Positions 26,101 through 33,028 of a stretch of 33,028 nt of DNA are shown in pieces. This DNA is from an uncultured archaeon (GTDB lineage Archaea > Thermoplasmatota > Penumbrarchaeia > JASLWR01), in assembly GCA_964430885.1 (NCBI GenBank), contig CAYSHM010000018.1:28205-61232 (forward strand), given 5' to 3'. The position numbers and the translations under genes were made by a program. Every line of letters begins with the position of its first letter. Position 1 is the first letter of the stretch. The notes under the pieces were generated by a model. The model was not told the DNA's origin. It searched no databases and was given only the letters and a program-made list of their open reading frames with translations.

Positions 26101-26711
26101 CAGGCGTTGATCCCGTCCCTTCTGTTCCAGGTAATACCATGGTTCTCCGTGTCCGGTGCATCCCAGGTTCCCGGACCCTGGGTCCAGGACTTGGTTATGG
26201 GATATGCACCCATTGTAACAGGTACATCAATGTTGCCTTCGTTTCCGCCCACGTCAACGGACTGTTCATAGTAGAGCTTCATCTCAGCCTTGACAATATC
26301 TATATCCGCCGGCACCTGGGTGATGTTGAACTGTATGACCGTGCGGAAGGGAAAAAAGGTATTATCCTGCTGGGTGCTCTCCCAGGACTGGTAGAGCTGC
26401 TCATCCACTCCGAAGTTCATATCCACCATTCCGTATATGCCGAAGGAATCGGCCACCATTGAATCTATTCCCTCGGTTTCCGTAACCAATTCGGTCCTAG
26501 TAATCGGTCCTTCATCACCGTAATCTTTATCGGTTAATTCCGGTAAAGAGGATATTCGAGCATCACTGCTTTCTCCATGGTATTCATGAAGGCTGTGAAA
26601 AAATCCCGTTAGGAATCCCATGATCACAAGAACGGACAACACCGCTCTAAAACCGCGCGTTCTGATTGATCCTGCCAAACTTAACTTCCTAAACATCATA
26701 TCACTCTTCAA
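23181..26711 (-). CDS. Large surface protein: signal/TM, DNRLRE-like domain, PKD-like domain, 3-4 FN3-like repeats, DxDxDG Ca-binding motifs, TM and acidic/Pro-Lys tail
   Basis: TVIQFNI..P...I.KAEMKLY, WVTWDLTDFVTEW...NYGVIL and RPKLEIEY (DNRLRE-like); LTWTAV, LMWTAP and LQWDR with YYFAVIAVD, FYFSMMVWD and YYVAVVALD (FN3-like); DEDNDGLPDYWE and DPDEDGFSN; TM LIIAIIVVIIIGAILIGLIMVI. True start is likely ATG 26699 or 26696. Confidence 0.8.
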   Translation of the reverse strand: MKSDMMFRKLSLAGSIRTRGFRAVLSVLVIMGFLTGFFHSLHEYHGESSDARISSLPELTDKDYGDEGPITRTELVTETEGIDSMVADSFGIYGMVDMNFGVDEQLYQSWESTQQDNTFFPFRTVIQFNITQVPADIDIVKAEMKLYYEQSVDVGGNEGNIDVPVTMGAYPITKSWTQGPGTWDAPDTENHGITWNRRDGINAWTLPGVDYDAGKRSDASTGLAYGWVTWDLTDFVTEWVGGTMDNYGVILITHDRPGMDTLKMFTSMEGQNNRPKLEIEYELPYNEPPLAIIDTIDPNPARELTNITFTGHGEDLEDGTADSGFIWMVKTDYTPFQVLGHQPEITVDNLTAGVYTVRFSVQDSKGDWSPFAIMEDELVVLEDFPPAGIDDLEAIADPSESGAVNLTWTAVAEDKTADEGSASSYMIKYSTNYIDEMTDFENAEALEESDIPDPAAPGATELVILDGLDMGEEYYFAVIAVDARGQMSGLSNIARVIAPDRDAPTFISDLSAEMGELDGTIELMWTAPDDNGGPVDRYEIKYSDTRIMHQWDYFSADLIPNYQDVPLPSAPGTTERVTVTDLEGGEKFYFSMMVWDNWGNAAPLSNNPESLATDRTSPDPITNVMAEDTPNDRGGSLDLQWDRCDADDFEEYRIYMSQKIFTSVKGMNPVKVITTQDDTDMSMTTNEEISIIPRNEYYVAVVALDNWGNYQRTVVPFGPVIPIDNIWKAQAFEDPTQGKLATGERVLSDPMIIIKADLLDVTITRTEISGDEVEVTKTFQIEGTIKSSSSPISHMDIYDWELNEDGEYVWIPFVDQEEAEDLNPNSFNYYSDLYELFTRPSLNRDMSRPGEYVYFWSMDYNITSVFDVDDVPEEGEDETLTLCILGWSELDTWNYIADNYDADITWVRLDEDNDGLPDYWERDKFKNIALYGAEDDPDEDGFSNAMEFEKGTEPMLDRSVPPGLEGDLTKTASSSESEDGFPMFLIIAIIVVIIIGAILIGLIMVIKKSKAKKAEEMIEPASFEPEAQPEELAPAPMVYYTPSYYDNQVPEEEYEPYYDENAQAFMTQPGEEYAGEDSYIDEHAQPSWAGPQTQDEPAVSLPGPGLEGSEEAPKALPPAREEDIAQEEAQAEETDVEEEVAQEEKSVQKKAPAPPAKKPAGKPPAPPKKKPPAPPA

Positions 26712-27032
26712 TATGATAATAAATCAGTGGTAATATCTTTAGTCTTCTTTCTAAAGCACAGGCTAACACATACATAGGCCGAGTAGCCTCCTGACTTCAA
26801 TATATATGATAATAAATAAAGCTTGCCATTTAATGATTTAATATCTGTTTTCAACCTCCCGTAATAATTAGGTTTACCAGCAATATTTTGGTAAATATTC
26901 AAATAATACTAATACTATGGCATATCGATTATGCCTCTGCAAGGGTACCAGTTCCTGATCTGATCAATGCTTCAATCAATGCATGAATCGCTTGGGAACC
27001 GTTCTGCTTAATTTATCATAGAGGGTGAAAAA

Positions 27033-27506
27033 ATGGGTTATTACCAACAGCTTCAGCTTGTTATAGAGATCCTTTTCGTGGTCCTCATCCTTCTATTGAT
27101 CTACCTGATATGGCAGAGGAAAAACCTCAACAGGGACACCGGAATTGACCGCCAGAGAGACTATCTGAGAAACTCATCGAGATTAACAAACCGGCAGAGG
27201 CGCCATCCCATATCCTCCGGGAACGTATGCCCGTACTGTTACGCAAGGAATGGTATTAATGACGTATACTGCCAGCGCTGCGGTCAGACCATCGGAGGGT
27301 GGAGCGGTCTGGATATCGAGGAGGAAATGGAAAGGGAGCCCGACCGGCATCCTCTGGATGATCTCCAGCCGGTTCCTCGGTCCATGAAAGACGAGTACAG
27401 AGGGGTATACGGCTGCCCCAACTGCCTTGAAACACTGCCTGTTGATTCAAGGGAATGCCATATGTGCGGAAGCACATTCTGGAGCACTGTGAGGAAAGAA
27501 ATGTGA
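27033..27506 (+). CDS. Membrane-anchored double zinc-ribbon protein
   Basis: N-terminal TM (LVIEILFVVLILLLIYLIW); CPYC-x10-CQRC and CPNC-x10-CHMC; GAGGGTGA RBS. Confidence 0.8.
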   Translation: MGYYQQLQLVIEILFVVLILLLIYLIWQRKNLNRDTGIDRQRDYLRNSSRLTNRQRRHPISSGNVCPYCYARNGINDVYCQRCGQTIGGWSGLDIEEEMEREPDRHPLDDLQPVPRSMKDEYRGVYGCPNCLETLPVDSRECHMCGSTFWSTVRKEM

Positions 27507-27558
27507 AATATCAAATAATCGGCTGTTATATCTGGCTGAACCAATAGGAGGGAATAGG

Positions 27559-28236
27559 TTGGCATCCATAATAAGTATGATCCAGAAGATCGCCAGAGAA
27601 GAGGTGCGTAAATTGAACACCTTGGAACTGGGCGTCGTAGAGACCGTGAACATGCACGAGAGCGAGAGCGATATTGTGAACTATGATTGTTCAGTGCTTC
27701 TGAAAGGGCGGAGCACTCCGGAAGGGGAACCCCTGAAGCTGGAGAACGTACCCATAGCCACCTATCACTCAGGATCTGTCAGAGTACCCTATGTGGATGA
27801 CCTGGTCCTAGTATCCTTCATAAACGGCGATGTGGCAATGCCGGTGATAATAGGAATAATATATTCAGCAGAGAAGAGACCCCCCCTGTATGCGGAAGGA
27901 GAACACCGCACTGAATTCGACCCATCAGTTTACAGGGCCAATGACAGTTCCGATCTGGACAAGCATGTGATGGTTTTCAATGGTACCAATGAAGAAAATG
28001 AGTTCCTCATAGAGTTCAAGGACGGACCAAAGATATCCTATAAGCCTGCGGGGATCGAGATAACAACGGGAAAAACCCTGGTTAAGATGGCCATGGACGG
28101 CGATGTTGAGGTAACTGGTGAAGCAAATATCACAGTTACGGCCAAGGGCAACCTCGAGGTAAAGACCGACGGCGACATCAAGATGGAAGCCGGCGGCAAC
28201 ATTACTATCAAAGGAACGAAAATCGAACTGAACTGA
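27559..28236 (+). CDS. Baseplate spike protein (GpV / Gp5 / VgrG C-terminal-like: OB fold plus beta-helix)
   Basis: LGVV...PYVDDLVLVSFINGDVAMPVIIGIIY (Gp5_OB signature PxxxDxVLVxFxxGDxxxPxIxG); C-terminal 8-residue beta repeats (DGDVEVTG/EANITVTA/KGNLEVKT/DGDIKMEA/GGNITIKG) ending KIELN. TTG start with GGAGG RBS. Confidence 0.85.
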   Translation: MASIISMIQKIAREEVRKLNTLELGVVETVNMHESESDIVNYDCSVLLKGRSTPEGEPLKLENVPIATYHSGSVRVPYVDDLVLVSFINGDVAMPVIIGIIYSAEKRPPLYAEGEHRTEFDPSVYRANDSSDLDKHVMVFNGTNEENEFLIEFKDGPKISYKPAGIEITTGKTLVKMAMDGDVEVTGEANITVTAKGNLEVKTDGDIKMEAGGNITIKGTKIELN

Positions 28237-28254
28237 ACTGAAGGTGATAAACAA

Positions 28255-29094
28255 ATGCCAGCTCCCCAAGGAAAGATGATGGGTCAGACCATAAAGATGT
28301 TGGCCCTTGCCGAGGCAATGCAGATACCCAAGGACTATGCGGGGGACGACACTTTCGAACATAACAGCGATTTCCCCGAATACCAGCCCGGAGTACCGAA
28401 GGGAACCAATATATTCATCCCACCCGGTGTGGACAAGATCACCGTGGACGCCTGCAACGATGTGAGCGATATAGTGATAGAGTTCATTGATGCACTTGCA
28501 GGGGGAGTTTGTACAGCCTGGCTTAACTGGCAGAGCGCAGCTATGATATCAGGGATGGTAATTAACGGACCCGCGGGAATGGTCCCCCCCGGCACCTTAA
28601 GCAGTCCGGTCATGATGAACACCGCCATGATACTTGCTACAGTGGTCCCGGGACAGGGAGCCAATTTCATGCCAATGGCCAAAGCCGTCGCCACGGGCAT
28701 TGAGACCGCCTGGAGCGCATGGGAAAAAGGTTTTACCATTCAGCTCCAGTATCCGCCCTTCGCTTCGGTCCCTGCTCCCACGGCACCGCCCACTCCCAAC
28801 ATACCTATGCCCGTGATAACCGGATCCTCCATCGGCGATCCAATGATGAAGAAAGCTGCGTTGTCAGGTCTCATGCTGGCAAACCTATCAGGGGTGACCC
28901 CTGACGACCTGACCCAACTGATATTCGATACATTTGCAGACGGATTCTGCATGATGTTCGACATATGGAAAGCTTCCACCATGGTAAGCAATGTAATGGG
29001 TACCGGACCCGTGCCCAGTTTCGCTCCGCCCTTCTCCCCTGTCGGGCCGGTGGTAGGCGGGACCAACATACCCAGTCCAGGAATATTCATATAA
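28255..29094 (+). CDS. Hypothetical Pro/Gly-rich protein with three internal pseudo-repeats, between spike and PAAR genes
   Basis: AGGTGA RBS 7 nt upstream; 18 nt downstream of the spike stop codon; no family recognised. Confidence 0.8.
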   Translation: MPAPQGKMMGQTIKMLALAEAMQIPKDYAGDDTFEHNSDFPEYQPGVPKGTNIFIPPGVDKITVDACNDVSDIVIEFIDALAGGVCTAWLNWQSAAMISGMVINGPAGMVPPGTLSSPVMMNTAMILATVVPGQGANFMPMAKAVATGIETAWSAWEKGFTIQLQYPPFASVPAPTAPPTPNIPMPVITGSSIGDPMMKKAALSGLMLANLSGVTPDDLTQLIFDTFADGFCMMFDIWKASTMVSNVMGTGPVPSFAPPFSPVGPVVGGTNIPSPGIFI

Positions 29095-29137
29095 TGTCCA
29101 AGTGATGATCAGTAATATCCAAAATGAGTTGATTGAT

Positions 29138-29458
29138 ATGCCAGAAGCTGCAAGATTGAACGATATTGCAAAATGCGAGGCCGATGTCCACGGCTGTCCA
29201 GGAGGACCCCATTCAGTCCAGGGACCAATATGCATCGGCAGTACGGATGTTTTCATCAATGGACTGCCGGCAGCAAGGGAGAGCGATACGGGAATACATG
29301 CCGTATGCTGCGGACCCAATACTTTCGAGATAAAGATTGGGAGCGCCACGGTCATGATAAATGGAAAGAAGGCTGCCAGAAAGGGGGATATGACCAAACA
29401 CTGCGGTGGTGTGGGTAAGATCGATGCAGGCAGCTCAGATGTGGAGATAGGCGGCTGA
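29138..29458 (+). CDS. PAAR-repeat spike-tip protein
   Basis: EAARLND, VFINGLPAARESD and VMINGKKAARKGD repeats; His/Cys metal ligands (HGCP, HAVCC, HCGG); ends GSSDVEIGG. Start taken at MPEAAR (29138); the ORF track begins at 29102. Confidence 0.92.
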   Translation: MPEAARLNDIAKCEADVHGCPGGPHSVQGPICIGSTDVFINGLPAARESDTGIHAVCCGPNTFEIKIGSATVMINGKKAARKGDMTKHCGGVGKIDAGSSDVEIGG

Positions 29459-29581
29459 AACAGGTAAATGTATCAAATAGAAACATAGGCATGATATAAT
29501 TCATATAATAAGCATTATTTAAATTGAAATTACAGTAATGATCAAGTGATAATTCCATTTTGATTGATCCGGTGATAATAA

Positions 29582-30988
29582 ATGTCAGCATCTGTCGAGG
29601 AAAAGATAAACCAGGGAGACGGGGCCTGGAACAATGATGAAATGAGGGAAGCGGTTTCCCATTACAACAGCATACTCCAATCAGGAAAGGCAACCGATGA
29701 GGAGAAATATCTGGCTTATACCAGAAAGGCTTCGGTTCTCAAGGAGATAGGAAATTATGAGACCGCACTGGAATGCCTTGAGGATGCCATAGAGCTGTTT
29801 CCGGATTTGGAGGAGGCATGGTACAACAAGGGAAACATCCACTCCCTACTCGAAGACTACGAGAAGGCAATCGAGTCCTACAATGAGGCTATAGTTATCG
29901 GTGTGGACAATGAGAACACCTACAACAACAGGGGAGCGATTTACTATTTCATTGAGGAATACGACAAGGCTCTGGATGATTTCCAGAACGCCCTGAAAAT
30001 CAAACCCAACTTTGAACAGGCATTCGTTAACAAGGGAAATGCCCTTCTAAAGCTGGACCTATACGAGGAAGCCCTCGAATGCTTCCAGGAAGCACTATTG
30101 ATCAATGAGAACAACTACAGGGCTTTTGTGGGGAAGGGGCTGGCATATTTCAAGACCGCTCAGTATGACGAAGCCATCATGGTATTCAATGCAGCCCTCT
30201 ATCAGAAGGAAGAGCATCTAGAGGCCCTTTTCTATAAGGGCATTGCCCTTTACAATATCGATATACTGAACGAGGCCGAAGAGACCCTTGCAAAGGCCGT
30301 GGAACTGGAGGAACTAGCTCAGGCATATTTCTATCTCGGAAACATATACAAGGCCCGCTCAGATTACCAAAATGCCCTAAAGAACTGGGACCTGGCAATC
30401 CAGATCGAGAAGAACTACGAGGAAGCATGGTTCAACAAGGCCATGACACTTTCGGAGCATTTTGACAGACATGAGGAAGCACTTTCATGCTTCAACAAAC
30501 TTACCCTCCTTAACCGGCATCTGGCCATAGCTTGGCTGGAGAAAGGGAAACTCCTGAGCAACGAGTTCGAGGAGTACGATGATGCCATGACCGCACTGAA
30601 GAATGCAAAAAAACTGGATACTGACAACCCAGAAACCCTCACGGAGATGGGGAAGATATACGCCTACCATCTAGGTGAAATGGAGCAGGCGCTGGACCTG
30701 TTCGACGAGGCACTGGAGATAAAGGAAGATGCAGAGATCTGGTTCCAGAAAGGAAATATCAACGCGCGTTTCGAGAAGAAATACCGGGAAGCCATAGCCT
30801 GCTATGACGAGGCTCTCACCCTGGACGGGCGGCATATGAAGTCATGGTTCAATAAAGGTATCGCACTGGGAAAGGTCAACCGGCTGGAGGAAAAACTGTC
30901 CTGTATGGAGAAGGTTCTGGAAATCGAACCGGCCAACCAGCAGGCCATGAAAATGAAGAAGGAATTAGAGACGGAATTGAAACTTTGA
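29582..30988 (+). CDS. Tetratricopeptide-repeat protein (about 13 TPRs, no other domain seen)
   Basis: 34-aa periodic AWYNKG / YNNRG / AFVNKG / ALFYKG / WFNKG...YEEAL..F..AL pattern over the whole length. Confidence 0.9.
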   Translation: MSASVEEKINQGDGAWNNDEMREAVSHYNSILQSGKATDEEKYLAYTRKASVLKEIGNYETALECLEDAIELFPDLEEAWYNKGNIHSLLEDYEKAIESYNEAIVIGVDNENTYNNRGAIYYFIEEYDKALDDFQNALKIKPNFEQAFVNKGNALLKLDLYEEALECFQEALLINENNYRAFVGKGLAYFKTAQYDEAIMVFNAALYQKEEHLEALFYKGIALYNIDILNEAEETLAKAVELEELAQAYFYLGNIYKARSDYQNALKNWDLAIQIEKNYEEAWFNKAMTLSEHFDRHEEALSCFNKLTLLNRHLAIAWLEKGKLLSNEFEEYDDAMTALKNAKKLDTDNPETLTEMGKIYAYHLGEMEQALDLFDEALEIKEDAEIWFQKGNINARFEKKYREAIACYDEALTLDGRHMKSWFNKGIALGKVNRLEEKLSCMEKVLEIEPANQQAMKMKKELETELKL

Positions 30989-31312
30989 TTTCCGACATTT
31001 CGGCTACATCAATTCTGGGATGATACGATTGCTCAGGTAAATTTTATAATTGTTAAAATATTTTTTAATCCTGATTCTGGAGTTATGAGGTACTTCAGTC
31101 TATGATCGATCATTGTACAGTCAATGGGAAATATTTGAGGTTCAACTAAAATGTTGTCCTAAAAATGCTTTATAACAGTTTGTCGATTTATTTTGATTGA
31201 CATGTAAACAACACCTATGTTGGGTATTGTTATATGTAAACCTTTGCCAGAAGGCAGTGGTTCACATGTGGGCCCGCAGTCATTTGACTGCTCTTGAAGA
31301 TAGGTTTACTGC

Positions 31313-32827
31313 ATGTCTCAAAAGGAGGAGATGGATATGTTGACAGACAACAATGACGGGATACACAGGTATTTGGATTCAGTAAACCAGATAATTCTTA
31401 ACCTTGACATCGCTGGAATCATCACTTCTGTGAATCGGATGGGGATGGAGTTCATAGGCATGGAGCGCTCAGAGATAAAAGGGAGACCATTTTTTATTAA
31501 TTTCATACCTGAAGACAAAGGTCCAGATGCCGCATCCGCCTTCGAGTCCTTTATTAATGACGATTCCATCCCCATGCTGTACTATAAAAGTCCGTTGATC
31601 AATCAGACCGGAGAATCATATCCAATACTGTGGCTCTACACCAAGGACAGGGATAAAACTGGGAACCTGAGGTCCATCCAGTGTTACGGGGAGATAAGGG
31701 ATGAAATGAACGGGAGTCCTGCTGTGCTCGTGAACAGCGATCTGCCCTACCAGAACCTCTTCCGATATGTGCCTCTCTTGGTCTGCAGGTTCATGTCCGA
31801 CGGCGGTATTACCTTTGTAAACGATTATTTCCTATCATTCTTCAGAATGGAAAGGGAAAACATACTGAATTCCAATTTCTTCTGGATAATAGACGACAAG
31901 AACTGGAGGTCCATGGAAGAGCAGTTCCATTTATTGAACCGCAATAATGCATGGTCCCGATACGAACAGGACATTAGATGCTCCTCCGGTAAAAGGAAAT
32001 GGCTCAGATGGACCAATCAGATAATTGCCTTTAACGAAAAGGGTATGGCCGTTGAATATCAGGCCATAGGCGAGGACATCACCCTGAGGAAGCACGATGA
32101 GGAAAAGCTTAAGAAGGCATATGAAAAGCTCAAAAGGACCAGGGACAAGCTTGTGCAATCTGAAAAACTAGCGGGTATGGGGAAGCTAGCAGCATGTGTG
32201 GCCCACGATATAAGGAACCCACTCCAGGTTGTGATAGGTATGTCCGAACTGATCAAAGATGATCTAGAGGGATCCCGGCACGAAAGGGATATCAGTACCC
32301 TTTGCGAGGCGGGCCTGCGGATCAATGATATTGTGAACAATCTCAACATGTATTCAAGGGATAAAAAGAGAAATGTGATATCCCGGGTGGATCTCAATCA
32401 GGTCATACTCAAAAGCTTGGATTCAACCAGACTGACCTCGGATTTCTCCGATGTGAACATAGATATGGATCTAGATAAGATCCCCAATGTCAATGCCAAT
32501 GAGGGGGAGCTTCTGCAGGTTTTCATAAATATAATAAAGAACTCCATTGATGCAATGGATGGAACGGGAAATATCACCATAAGAAGCACCAGAACAAATG
32601 GCAAAGTGGAGGTGGAAGTTACCGATACCGGAAAGGGATTTGCGCCCAGGGAGGCCGCTTCGGTTTTTGAACCCTTCTACACCACCAAGAAGCATGGTAA
32701 GGGCACTGGTTTGGGCCTGTATATCGTCAAGCAGATAGTTGACAGTTACGGAGGGATCATAATCGCCGACAGCATACCTGGAAAGGGAACAACCTTCAAG
32801 ATCTCCTTCCCCGATATCCTAGGTTGA
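31313..32827 (+). CDS. Cytoplasmic PAS-PAS sensor histidine kinase; start likely 31337
   Basis: Two PAS-like segments (LDIAGIITSVN, SDGGITFVN...GEDIT), QSEKLAGMGKL, H-box AHDIRNPL, N-box QVFINIIKNSIDAM, DTGKG, FEPFYTTK, GTGLGL. No TM. GGAGGAG lies before ATG 31337. Confidence 0.92.
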   Translation: MSQKEEMDMLTDNNDGIHRYLDSVNQIILNLDIAGIITSVNRMGMEFIGMERSEIKGRPFFINFIPEDKGPDAASAFESFINDDSIPMLYYKSPLINQTGESYPILWLYTKDRDKTGNLRSIQCYGEIRDEMNGSPAVLVNSDLPYQNLFRYVPLLVCRFMSDGGITFVNDYFLSFFRMERENILNSNFFWIIDDKNWRSMEEQFHLLNRNNAWSRYEQDIRCSSGKRKWLRWTNQIIAFNEKGMAVEYQAIGEDITLRKHDEEKLKKAYEKLKRTRDKLVQSEKLAGMGKLAACVAHDIRNPLQVVIGMSELIKDDLEGSRHERDISTLCEAGLRINDIVNNLNMYSRDKKRNVISRVDLNQVILKSLDSTRLTSDFSDVNIDMDLDKIPNVNANEGELLQVFINIIKNSIDAMDGTGNITIRSTRTNGKVEVEVTDTGKGFAPREAASVFEPFYTTKKHGKGTGLGLYIVKQIVDSYGGIIIADSIPGKGTTFKISFPDILG

Positions 32828-33028
32828 CATCAATGTGACTGGCCAGTATCGAAACTTCAGTTCTGTTTTAATTGCCCTGCAGGGCCCATGTTCTAGGATA
32901 GGTATATGAATCCGGTTACAGATGCTGTAATTGGATCATAACTAATAATTTGAAAGGTGTTCAACAAAATTTATATGGCTCCTCACACAAATTTGTGCAG
33001 AAATTCGGGCAATTTCAATCCACCCAGG

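Noticed and set aside
28225-28242. (GAACT)x3 tandem repeat spanning the spike stop codon
   Set aside because: Very short. Gain or loss of one unit leaves the ELN-stop unchanged, so phase variation is not supported.
29138-29458. PAAR protein ends in Gly-Gly, tempting as the missing ubiquitin-like modifier for the E2/JAMM pair
   Set aside because: A V.IGG terminus is the normal end of many PAAR proteins, the fold is not beta-grasp, and the gene is 24 kb from the E2.
27033-30988. Provirus or mobile island
   Set aside because: No integrase, terminase, capsid, att-like repeat or evident compositional shift.

Overview
About 33 kb of archaeal chromosome. Evidence for archaeal origin: a two-unit tRNA-intron endonuclease, a UbiA-type DGGGP synthase and GGTGA/GGAGG Shine-Dalgarno motifs; assignment to Thermoplasmatota is an inference only. 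I found no rRNA, tRNA, CRISPR array or IS element. Housekeeping genes (endA, rnz, DGGGPS, TraB, DUF355) are interleaved with four unusual modules. (1) A eukaryote-like ubiquitin-conjugating E2 followed by an Rpn11-like JAMM protease with two intact tandem catalytic domains and a C-terminal two-helix membrane anchor. An unannotated 46-aa ORF precedes it and may be its frameshifted N-terminus; there is no Ub, E1 or E3 in the window. (2) A three-gene proline/sarcosine-dehydrogenase-type flavoprotein operon led by a GltD/NfnB-like protein fused to MvhD-like and CCG-like domains that have lost their Cys ligands. (3) An MFS transporter coupled to a queuosine-salvage hydrolase (DUF2419/QNG1), downstream of RNase Z and convergent with a nucleoside phosphorylase, although archaea canonically use archaeosine, not queuosine. 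(4) An orphan contractile-injection spike cassette (GpV/Gp5-like spike, unknown three-repeat protein, PAAR) with no tube, sheath or wedge genes nearby. All family calls are by motif recognition; no database searches were run.
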